Assembly: GCA_965655095.1 (NCBI GenBank) | Contig: OZ296656.1 | Location: 62,620,001 to 62,684,000, forward strand | Length of the DNA: 64,000 nt | Direction of reading: 5' to 3' | From: Haplodiscus bocki | Taxonomy: Eukaryota | Shown here: piece by piece, positions 11,401 through 22,247 of the stretch | How positions within the stretch are numbered: the first letter of the stretch is position 1 | Layout: every line of letters starts with the position of its first letter | Program-made: the position numbers and the translations under genes | The notes under the pieces: generated by a model | Database searches by the model: none | The model's input: only the letters and a program-made list of their open reading frames with translations | What the model was told of the DNA's origin: nothing

Positions 11401-13878
11401 TTCATTCTATTACCAAGACGGTCACAAAGTACACTAAACCATCAAACACGAAGAAGAACAAAACGCATCCTACAACGACTGCTACCCCATCATCTGCCAA
11501 GAAGGCAATACGAGAAAGACCCTCAGACTTAAAAACGATGGAAACGAACATCACGTTGAGGATTATCTCGAAGATAATGAAATCCTAGCCACCATGCAAG
11601 AGATGACTGACTGCTTTGAACTCAGAAAGACCATTAACCAATATAAACAACTTTGCTCAAGCATTAGCCCAGCATCAAGTACCTTTAGTCTTAACGAACG
11701 CGACTATAGTGATTTTGAACAGTATGATGAAAAATCAACAGATGACGAAACCGAAATAGCCGAACTCAACCTTGAAAGTCAAGACCCTGATTTTCGAAGA
11801 GATCACTCCGTAGCTCATGAATTGTTCCGCACGAAGACAAAAGATAAACCGATTCTCAAGAAACCGATTTCTTTCGAACTGTTCCCTCACGTAGACACAT
11901 CCGACTTGATTCAGAAACTCAGTGATTTTGCTCGCGACGCTGACTTAGACATTCAAACACTACTAGAAGAACAACTCAACGATCCTGTATTACAGGTCGT
12001 TCGCAAATGGATGAAAACCTCAGATACAAGACCTCAGAAGACACCGGATATTAACCAATCAAAAGCTCTGCTATCATATCACAACAAATTTGAACAACTT
12101 CTCATCGAACCTGACATCAACCTCCTATGCTACAGAGAACCGATTCAGGATACCTGCAGAACCGAGATGAAAATTTGTGTTTTCTTATCGCTATTCCTAC
12201 CACTCTTTCGTTTAGCCCACACTCATAGCCATAGTGGTCATCCTGGAATATTCAAAACCTTGGAAAACATCAGACAATACTTCTTCTGGCCAGGACGATA
12301 CAAGTGGATAGTATACCTGATAGAAGACTTCATCGAATGCCAAACTAATAAAACGGAAAGACATGACCTACACGAAGCACCATTGGAACAATGGGGAGAA
12401 CTAGAAACAACACCTTTCAAGACGATACATATCGATCATAAAGGACCATTTCGCCCTAGCAGTAACTCCAACACTCATTGTCTTGTCGTGGTAGACGCGT
12501 TTTCTTGACTAATTGGAGCCTATCCAGTTAGAGACACCGGAGCCCAGACCACTATCAACGCAGTAGAAAAATGGATCACATCATGTGGTATAACCCAGAG
12601 AATTGTTCAAGATAACAGTTCAAATTTCATAAAAAGCGACTTCTTCAACTGTACTAAAGAGTTTGGAATGACCCTTGCTCCTCGTACTACCTATTCTCCA
12701 TGGACCAACGGCAAAGTCGAAGTACAAAATCAGCACCTCACCAGATACTGGCGAAACTTCATGAATCAATCTGGAAACAATTGGTCAAAACTTGCATCCA
12801 AATTTGCGTTAGCACATAACACGAGTGTAAACTACACAACTGGCCAGACACCTTATGAGATCGTTTTCCGAACAAAACCGCAGATTCCAATGACTCTTAA
12901 GCTCGGACTATTACGAGACAAAGATAAACAATGCAAATCAGAAATCTGTGATGGACTTCAATCTCATACGCACGGTGAAAACAACCTGCCGAATAATTCT
13001 CTTAGCCGCCTACTTCGACCAGAGCTTTCCGACGAGCTACTAAAACGAGAAAATGAATTTAAGCGAATTTACTCGTCAATCTATCAGAGGTGTCGCCGGA
13101 TTACGTCAAAAGTACACGAGCACCGAAACCGATTCAAGCTCGGACGACCTATCGGCACCGGACAAAAAGTGTTCTTAGAAAACCACGCGCAAGACCTCAC
13201 GAGGTCTCAGAAACAGAACCAACTACGAGTCAGTCCGTTCACAGTAACAAAACAAATCACGAATAAGACGTACGAAATACGAGAAGATGCAAATCCCGAC
13301 AATATCAAAAAGCACGCATAGAAATCACCTGATCGAATATCTCCCGAAAGAAGAACGACTCCCTCCGTTTATTACTAACTACGCTGTCATATCCAGAGAC
13401 TCCGATTTCTCTAAACATTTAGTCAATTCGCAAATTAAACAATATGAGTCCGGTAAAGAAAAACACTCCCTTGACGTAATGCCCTTTATTATAATACCCA
13501 TCCAAAACAGTTCAGACAAACAACAAAAAGATAATAATGAATTTTCACCTATAGCAGTCTCTGGAATACATTCGCCTGATATTTCAATGCAGCAATCACC
13601 CAGAAGTCAAAAACCGAGCCCTTATGAAAATAGAACATTTTTTCACCTACCCCAATTACAATACTTTGCCCACGACTCCTATGCTTAGACAACCGCACGA
13701 TCTACCAAACCCAATACGCGATTTTCAACCTTTTAATTGAAATACCCCAACAAATTTAACTAGTGCTACCGATAAAGGCAAAATAGCCCACTTCGCGACA
13801 AAAGTTAAAAAGAAGTATAAAAAAAATGATGCTAACAGCTCACTCAGAACACTAGAAAGAAAGGGATACAAAGACTAG
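8419..13878 (+). pseudogene. pol: pol polyprotein: protease, dUTPase-like segment, macrodomain, RT, RNase H, unknown spacer domain, integrase; multiple stops and frameshifts
   Basis: LVTGAACS (mutated DTGA), LVIDARYLN and YLDD (RT), IHVD...CDHKP (RNase H), HTHSHSGHPG, HIDHKGP, NGKVEVQN (integrase). Confidence 0.95.
9299..9724 (+). CDS. TARG1/OARD1 (Poa1p-like) macrodomain embedded in Pol between protease and RT
   Basis: AIAHCISADAKMSEG, FIYNLVTK, KPKLDNIRLSL, ISMPKSGCGLDKLQ match the TARG1 motifs LAHCISED, YIYYLITK, KPTYENLQKSL, LSMPRIGCGLDRLQ; uninterrupted within ORF 9206-10063. Confidence 0.93.
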
Positions 13879-13918
13879 AGCAATTCATTAAAGAACTATT
13901 CACAAAACAAAAATTTAA

Positions 13919-14425
13919 TCAATCATCAATCTCGAGGTGGCCGCCAGTTTCTGCGAGAAAGTCGAGTATTTCTCGGTACTTGAACGTCTCTTCCCAGCGC
14001 TGTATAATTTGTCTTTTCCCCATGTATCCAAGGGACCCATACCCAGCCTGGATGGCCTCCAGCTTGTGCCAAAGCACATCTCCAAAAGGGGCAACCAGAG
14101 AAGCCAACCACTGAAACAGAACAACATCATTTTTGCAATTCGAGGAACATCAACTACTAGAAGAACCAGAACATTAATATTGCAAGCCAATGAACATCAA
14201 TTAACAAAGGAAATTTGAAGAAACAAAAACATCACCAATCCTTACATCATCCCCGGCGACGACTTCCAGCACAGTCACAAATGACTGTGTAAAGCTCATC
14301 TTGACCATGTCGTCTCTAATGAACAGTGGCATTCTCAACTCTCTTACTATGGAGTGCAACCTCGCCATCTCTCGAGGACACCAAAAAGCTGCCCAGACTG
14401 CACCATCGGGAGTTAGCTCTGCCAT
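13919..14425 (-). CDS. Candidate two-exon antisense gene, 123 aa, unknown function (exon 1 14425-14246, intron 14245-14111, exon 2 14110-13919)
   Basis: GAT|GTAAG donor, TTCTGTTTCAG|TGG acceptor, T-rich 135-nt intron holding three in-frame stops, in-frame join ...VVAGDD|WLASLV..., ATTAAA immediately after the stop. Confidence 0.65.
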
Positions 14426-14799
14426 CTCAAGAGTAATGATGATGAAATTGAATGAAGAACAGAAACACAAGAAAATGTGAAGTTTCACTTTCACGCATCC
14501 CCATGCTAGTTCAAAAAGTTCCCAGATTTTGTTCAACGGCGGTGGGTCTACTCAGTCGCAGAAGCAACTTCGTAAGCAAACGTAAAACAAATAAGAAACG
14601 TACCGTAAAGAATTTTGAAGTCAGACTGACGAGCCCAAAAAAAGGAATATCTTAAAGATAGAATCCCATCTGTTACACTAAACAACAATTGACGACAAAA
14701 CCAACAAACCTTTTCTTTTATGCAGCCTTTGTTCAACTAGTCTTTTGTCCCACCAAACCTCTCTCTACCCTTTGCTAATAAACAAACTTTTGATTTATC

Positions 14800-15115
14800 C
14801 ATCTATTGTTTTAACCTTCGTTTGTTCCACCCGTCTATTGTTCAACACATCTATTGTTCAAACCTTCTTTTGTTCCACATATCTATTGTTCTACTCTTCT
14901 ATTGTTCTGAACCCTTTTGTTCTATCGCTCTATTGTTCGATGCTTCCTTTGTCATAATCTTCTATTGTCTTACACTTCTGTCATTTTACTCGCCTATATC
15001 TCCCTACTGTTACAACCTTCTATTGTCTTAACACTTCGCTGTTCCACTCCTCTATTGTTAAACAGCTCTACCGCCTCTCATAAACAAATTTTTGTTTTAA
15101 ACACCTATTGTGCTA
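14800..15115. repeat. Imperfect tandem array with ten CTATTGT motifs (AACAATAG on the - strand, SOX/HMG-box-like sites)
   Basis: CTATTGT at 14803, 14835, 14851, 14883, 14899, 14930, 14962, 15020, 15052, 15105 plus TTTGTT variants. Confidence 0.85.
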
Positions 15116-15284
15116 ACACCCCTTGATCCACTGCAAATCCACATTCCAGAATTCAACTAAATAAAGAATTGACGTAAGCAAAATCGATGATACGGTCGTG
15201 TTCGATCACGCTACCCAGAACCAAATTTTGAAGAATCATAAAACTGAAAGGAGTATAAAGTGTAAATACATGATTTTCAGTTGC

Positions 15285-16059
15285 ATGCCTAACATAGAAG
15301 AAAACGCGAGAAACCTAATCAACTGGTATATCCTTCCCATAGAACCCCAAAACTACCATCATAGAAGACAACACTTCACCAGAAACCAAAATCCACCAAA
15401 CTAAATAAAGTTGCAGTAACAACTATCTTGATGATTTCTAAAACAAATAACACAATCGTTGAAATATTCCAATTTAAAAAGAAAGACCCACATTGCATTC
15501 TCCTACATACAAGAAACCCTCAGACTAAAGAAAAGAAGCTAATTGCCTTCATAGAAGGAACCCTATATTTTCCACTTTTTGAAACAGTCTTCACGCTTCC
15601 ACATGCCATCCCGTCCAATCTACACCTAGCCGAACTAACAGCCATAACTGATTACAATGATGTTTGATCTTGACGAAGAAATTTACGACGAAAATTAAAT
15701 TGAAGAAATTGAACTCAACTGCCCATGGACCATAACCATAACCTCAGGAGCAAGTCATGGCTTTATGACAACAAAACTCAGAAGGTCATTTCAATACCCA
15801 TTTTGGCTAACAGCTAGTATCTACCCCATTGACAAACCCGCTAAACCAATCATCCTTGATAATAAAAGAGAGACTCTTGCCTTCGCAAAAACTTTTCATC
15901 ACTCTGACTCTCTACAGGAATTATCCTGAACCGCATCTCACTCAACACGATATTCATACTTTACGAGAATTAATGGACACTGCAAAATTTCACATGGGAC
16001 CTCACACAAGTTACTACACAGAATATATAAAGAAGATCATACAGAATCCATTCAACTAA
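15285..16059 (+). pseudogene. Degenerate accessory ORF of unknown function (~250 codons) between pol and env
   Basis: Consecutive ORF fragments 15198-15404, 15428-15667, 15829-16059 with the A/C-rich composition of the element's coding strand; TTTTCAG acceptor-like site at 15280. Confidence 0.5.
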
Positions 16060-16098
16060 AAGTCGTCTTTGCTGATGGTGACAGCTTTCCTTCCCTAT

Positions 16099-16325
16099 AA
16101 CTAGTGGTGCTAGTTTTACACTGGTGGTGCCAGTCATATTCACTAATCTTTTCATTTCAGGCGCATTTGCTTTTCTTAGCTAGTGGTGCTAGCTCATTAC
16201 CTTTTCCACTGGTGGTGCCAGTGATGTTCACTAATCTTTTCATCTCAGGTGCATTTACTTTACTTAGCTAGTGGTGCTAGCTCATTTCCTTCATACCACT
16301 GGTGGGTGGTGCGTGGTGCCAGTGA
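16099..16325 (+). repeat. ~87-bp repeat x3 containing hairpins with a constant TGGTG loop and splice-acceptor-like sites
   Basis: AACTAG-TGGTG-CTAGTT 16099, ACTGG-TGGTG-CCAGT 16120, AGCTAG-TGGTG-CTAGCT 16178 and 16266, CACTGG-TGGTG-CCAGTG 16207; CACTAAT-pyrimidine tract-CAG|G ending at 16160 and 16248. Confidence 0.85.
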
Positions 16326-16441
16326 TGTTTGTTAACAATTTGCTTTCAGATACAAAATAAAAATCTCTTGACTTTCTCTTTCAGACGTCTTACCAATACT
16401 TTCCTTTTCAGCATTAACAAAATTTTATTTTCAGCGATTTG

Positions 16442-16605
16442 TTCCGGCTTAAAAGTGCCGAAGAGTGTCTTTCCGGTTTAAAAGTACCGACGTGTTCCGG
16501 CTTAAAAGTGCCGAAGTGTGTCTTCCCGGATTAAAATTACCGATGTGTGGCAATTTCCGGCTTAAACGTGCCGAAGGGTGCCTTTCCGGCTTAAAAGCGC
16601 CGACG
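16442..16605 (+). repeat. Six tandem copies of TTCCGGCTTAAAAGTGCCGA (small hairpins)
   Basis: Copies near 16442, 16471, 16495, 16524, 16555, 16584; CGGC/GCCG stem changes to CGGT/ACCG in copy 2. Confidence 0.9.
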
Positions 16606-16860
16606 CGTTCTTCATTTTCTGGCTAAAGTTATCGCCGTGGCCAATACTTTTGACTTCAATTCTTCATAGCACCTCGACCAATCATTGTAAAATCCTTTCA
16701 ATTTCTATGCACCTTAAACACTACATTGCTAAAGAGCTTCAGTACAAACCTTCTTCGTCATTCGGTTAGCGAGTTGCTACTTTTATCCTTGTAATAACAT
16801 TTCTCTATTTTAGCTAAAATCGGAGAACCGTTTTCATTTGTGATAATGAATAGTGAAAAG

Positions 16861-18964
16861 ATGGCTATCATAGAATGTGCTATATTTCTCTTGATACTAA
16901 AATATTCTATATGTGACAAAGACGAACCCAAACCTGACGACATTGCACCTTCTGTACAAGTATCCCACTATGACTGCACAAGATGACGGAAAACAACCTT
17001 TATTCACTCAACGAATTTGAACCTAGTAATATGGCACCTCAGACTATTCAGATGAATGACGTGAAATTGACTTTGTATACCAAACACTTCCGGACTGAGA
17101 TCAATGCTACAATTTGCCGAATCAAACACCAAAGAAACAGATTTTTTTGCGGGCTGCATGATCTTACTAGTATTGATGTTGAACAACCTCAGATAACAAG
17201 TGACACAGATTTGATTCCTGAACAATGCAAGCAAGCCTCTGAGGGAAGATCACTAACTTTATTTGACCATAAATTAACTTTCGAAAAGGACAAGAAAAAA
17301 ACTCATCACAAATGGACTGGAAATGTAGATGGAGACAACCGTAACCGTAATGGGAAGGTTACCAATGGATAACTAAAGATACCATTGAAAGTCATATTCA
17401 AGATATCACCTTGAAAATGAAAATTAAAGATGGCAAGATATTCAACAGAAACGATCAAATACTACCTTGTGACTCGGAAAAACTTGGATGTGAAAGTACA
17501 TCATTAGATCCTTATGCCTACACGTGGAAAGCCCCTGAAAATTGGATCTTATCAGTGCTATAAGAAGACTATGCACATATGCTAAAAAATGACAACCACG
17601 ACTACATAGTTAGCGAAACCACTTCAGAAAACAAGTACTTCTTCGAAGTAAAGAATAACCCTCAGCATCTTTGAAACAAACCAACTGAAGTCTACCCAAC
17701 CATTTAGGGCTCAATGTACGTCGCAATTCACTATGATGGTTTTGAAATGAAAAGAGGACGAAAACATAACGAACTGGGACCTCATCTCTTACAGTATCAG
17801 AATAACGCCTTCTTCTTGAAACCTGGGAATCTCTACGTGTACAGTCCCCAACCTAAACCAGCTGACCCATGAATTAATACATGGTTAAATATGGACTACG
17901 AACTACAACAAAGTACAAAGCTTGATTACCTTTTCTTTGAGAGTTCCAGAGCACTACAGGCATCAGAACTAAATCTATTGCAGAACCAATGTGAACAAGA
18001 GAGAATCCAAGTTTTCACTATCCTGATGTTATCACTTGAAAACCCCAGACTCGCAGGATATACGCTCACTGGAAACAGATCAATGTTTCTAGAGACAGAT
18101 GGAAGCCTAGCTTGGCTCTACTCCTGCCCACAAGTACGATCACCCCTACATACCCTTAACCAATGTTACGACAAAATACCCATCCTCTATAAAGGACAAA
18201 TACAATTTGTAGATCCAATTACCAGACAAATCTTGCCCGCTGCTTTGCCACAAAACTACTCCGACCCAATCAACAATTTATTGCAAATGGATATGGACAA
18301 AAAAGACTCATGGTACTCCCTTACACCCGAAATCACGCACAGAGACAGACCTGCAGTATTCGCCCCCAAAGACATATTTCCCTTCAATACGCAAAAGTTT
18401 CCCCAATCAGCTAAAGCAGGTATGTATACAAAAGGACAACTCAGTGATTATTGGGATGCCATCCTAATGAGTTCAGCATCAAAGAATGCCTTACAGAAAA
18501 TTACACTAAACTTAATAGTCCCCTCAAATGCAAAGAAAGGCCCTGATGGATATAGCTACTACGCACCCCGAACTGACTTCTTCGTAGATAGCATGATATG
18601 TCCGAAAAAATTCGAGAACAAATTTGTCCCGTTTTTTGGGACCATTAGCTATTGGCTCGATAAATGTGGAATCTGGTTTGCCAAATTCCTCTTCGTAAAA
18701 CTGATTATTGACATTGTTGTCACTATCATGAGAACCTTAGGAATACACCGAATAACCAGAAGATCAGTCAGTTTTGGAAAAATCCTACTATCAGCAACGT
18801 ACAGCCTCTTCGTGGTTTCAATATTTAGCTCAGTCTATTCACCAGCCAAACCCATCGAGTCTTCGACGCCTATAGCTGTAGAAATGCAAGAATCCACAGA
18901 ACATATCTACCCCTCTGTTCAAACACTACCCAACAATGCCCCTAACTCAGTTTCACCCGTTTAA
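16861..18964 (+). pseudogene. env: env-like glycoprotein, class III fusion protein-like (chuvirus G / herpes gB-like pattern), disrupted
   Basis: Signal peptide MAIIECAIFLLILKYSIC, VSHYDC...YSLN, Cys-rich ectodomain, NQCEQER...LAGYTLTGNRSMFLETDGSLAWLYSCP, C-terminal hydrophobic segments; colinear with element 2 env. Confidence 0.82.
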
Positions 18965-18994
18965 AGTACCTATTAAGTTTTCAATTTCACCATT

Positions 18995-20240
18995 ATGCAC
19001 TAAGACGACCATTCGTTCTCCGACCTAGACTCTCTTCTATCTAAAGACAATATCACAGAAGACGACCTCCTACAGCTTTCAGAACTATTCCCTGAAGAGC
19101 CGAAAACCCCTTCTAAACAAACCTCCATCAATCACGAGCTAGAGAACCTCTCACTTACACCAACTGACAAACCTACAATTGCCCTAAACGTTAGACCCAG
19201 TAATCGAAAATCAACTACCCCCTCACGTCAACTGTTTCATAAACAGAAGAAAAACGAAGAAGCCACTTCCAAATACATTACCACCCAAAACCCTCAGTTC
19301 CAATTTAACCTGACCTACAGAATTAAAGAGAATATTAACCAGGGGAGAATAGTATTTTGGGACTCCAAACGACAAGAGTTCACCCTAGAAAACCTATCAC
19401 TTAAATATCACTGACTATCTGTCCCCCTCGGATCAATTTCAGCAATCTGTTAAGTTTATCTCCACCTTCACTGAAAGAGAAATTTGATGACGAACAACTT
19501 CTTAGTACCGCCCTTGCTATTGAACTAGAAGATGTCAAAAAGACCTTAGCCCAATTCAAATTAGACAAATCCAAACCCCTACACAAGGGACCCTTCAGCT
19601 TGAAAGTAGATTTCTAGATAAAGAGGAATTTTAAAGAGATGGTTGATATTGAATCTCGACTAGAGAAACTAGAACCGGGAGCACAACCCCGCGATTGGAA
19701 TTTTTATGAGATTTTTTGGAAGCTTGAAAACTTTTCAATAATTTTCAATAAAGCCAAATTTTTTGAAGAAACGAAAAACAAAAATGATACTGATCCAAAT
19801 TTGGCACGCGACTTTTGTAGCACAGCTTTTCTCAGCAAACCTTATGGCTACAGTTTCTTTGTCCACGCGTTTCCTTATGGATGTGGTCCAGCACTTGGCA
19901 AATCAATGTCTATCACTATATCTCTGATCTCCGAACACTTCGACGATATCCTCACTTGGCCTCTAGAGGAACAATCCAAATCAGTGTTTTCAGACAACCC
20001 AAATCTAGTTTAATCTGGACTAACTTTTTGAAGACTAATGATAAAACGACACCCTGTTTCTGACGACCATCACCCATACAACCAAACCCCAGTTGTGGTT
20101 TCTTCTCCTATCTTCCCCACGAAGAAATGTTCAAGTCCGATAGAAACCTGATGAAGAACAACAAAGTCTATTACCAAACAAAAATTCTTGATTTGCCGCG
20201 AACCCCGGTTTCAATTTCATCAAGCGTGAACCCCCGGTGA
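18995..20240 (+). pseudogene. Post-env ORF4 (~410 codons, disrupted) ending in a short coiled-coil plus TRAF-type MATH domain (approx. 19700-20190)
   Basis: IFWKLENF, FCSTAFLSKPYGYSFFVHAFPYGCGPALGKSMSI, FDDILTWP, RGTIQISVFRQ, CF*RP...NPSCGF...LMKNNKVY follow the TRAF-C consensus (IWKI, S.PF....GYK, NG.G...GTHLS, YD.LL.WPF, F.RP....N...G, KDD.IFI). Confidence 0.87.
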
Positions 20241-20242
20241 GA

Positions 20243-22247
20243 TGTCGTGTTTGACATACAGCAGAAAAAACAATAGACTCAACTCCCGAGATAATAACGT
20301 CATCTGACGTCATCTGACGTCATGTGTGTATTAATCTTATAAAAAAAGACGACTCCCAATTCACATGACTAGGTCACGTGACTGACGTCATTCTCGGAGC
20401 CAATCCTGTGCTATCTTCATTCTGATTCGCTCCCGAGAGCACAAAAATTAGTATATATAGCGGACGAAAATTGCCCCTTCAGACAAGCGCCCTTTCAGCT
20501 CATACCAGATGTCTAACGACCCGTGAAGTCACTCCATCCAACTTCCAACGACAGCAGATTGAATCCAGTGCAGTACTCTTCGAGCAGTAATCGTTAGTCG
20601 AATAATGTTTTGACTGTTGCTTTTGTTTCTAACTTTTACTTTCGGTACTATTTTCCTTATAATCTAACTTTAACTTTTTTTTCTGATGTAAAACAAATAT
20701 CCAAGTAACCAAGTTTAACTACTAACTAATAAAAACAGTAAAATAACTAAGTTTAACTTAAACATTATTTAAAATAACTTTAACCTAAACTTTTCAAAAA
20801 AGTACATCTTACCGAGATTAACACTACTTGAACTTTATTTAACCTTAACTTCAAACTAAAATCTAAAACACAACTTTCAGTTCTACTCATTGAAGTGAAC
20901 TCAAATCCTCTGTGAGGTGGTCTCGTCAAGAACGGACTCATTCAGCCTTGGTCAAGTACCGGCTTGATATTTGGAAAATGCTCAAATGCTCATTGAGGTA
21001 GTCTCGTCAAGTACGGACTTGTTCAGCCTTGGTCAAGTACCGGTTGATAAAATGTTTTTTATCCTTAAAACTAGTAACTTTACTTAGGTTTTATTTAACT
21101 TGAACTTTAACTCTAAACTAAAATCTAAAACACAATTTTCAGTTCTACTCCTTGAAGTGAACTCAAATCCTCTGTGAGGTGGTCTCGTCAAGAACGGACT
21201 TATTCAGCCTTGGTCAAGTACCGCTTGATAAAATATATTCCATCCCTAAATGTTAAACTCTGCTTTAACTTTATTTAACTTTAATTTTAAACTAAAATCT
21301 AAAACACAACTCTCAGTTCTAGTCATGGAAGTGAACTACTCAAATTCTCTGTGAGGTGGTCTCGTCAAGAACGGACTCATTCAGCCTTGGTCAAGTACCG
21401 GCTTGATCTTTGGAAAAAACTCAAATACTTTTTGAGGTAGTCTCGTCAAGTACGGACTTGTTCAGCTTTGGTCAAGTACCGGTTGATAAAATATTTATTA
21501 TCCTTAAAACTGATAACTTTACTTGAGTTTTATTCAACTTTAACTTTAAACTAAAATCTAAAACACAACTCTCAGTTCTACTCATTGAAGTGAACTACTC
21601 AAATTCTCTGTGAGGTGGTCTCGTCAAGTACGTACTCAATCAGCCTTGGTCAGGAACCGGCTTGATATCTGGAAAATAACTAAAATTTCCTTCTCATTTG
21701 AGAGGATCAAACTAGTCCTCAACTGAGGTAAAGTCCTAGCCTGTGGCGGACTTATTAAAACAATGAACTAAATACTCTCTTTAAATAATCTGACTGATGA
21801 TTCTTTTAGATGTCCTTGTGTTCATAATATTTATTTCACTTTTCCGCTTTTGTATCTTACCTCTATGATTTATACCTGAATTTATTTCATTTGTTTTGAT
21901 ACTTTAATACTTTTAACCTTTCTGATATTTTGTCTTTCTGATTTTATTGATAGTTGTAAGTCACCAGTTGATATTATTTCCGAAACTAATTTATCTGTGT
22001 TTAATAACAAGGTTTCTTCACAATATTCACCAGATAGAAAAAGTCCTTCCTTTCGAACTCACGCCTTACACCACCTTTGCTGAAGCGCAGGAAGGCAACA
22101 GTCGCAAAATTGAATTAGGAGACTTGTCTTGAGTTTCGGGATAGTTTTCTAGCGAGGAATAGAGTGGCTTTGGAGACTTTCCGCTGCTATTCCATAAAGG
22201 CCAAGACCCCAACACCTCACACACCCTCTACACTTTTGCACGTCACA
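20243..22247 (+). repeat. Element 1 3' LTR (2005 bp) with six copies of the 50-bp core
   Basis: TGTCGTGTT...CACGTCACA followed by TSD CGGA; cores at 20913, 20994, 21175, 21352, 21433, 21611. Confidence 0.96.

Larger units (their letters stand above)
4899..22247 (+). mobile_element. Element 1: full-length (17.3 kb) env-bearing Ty3/Gypsy LTR retrotransposon / endogenous virus-like element with accessory genes, decayed
   Basis: TG...CA LTR pair, 4-bp TSD CGGA at 4895-4898 and 22248-22251, PBS, gag, PR-RT-RH-IN order, env-like ORF. Confidence 0.97.

Noticed and set aside
20913-21660. LTR repeat cores with spacers as a CRISPR-like array
   Set aside because: Spacers are themselves repeated and of two very different lengths; eukaryotic LTR context; no cas genes
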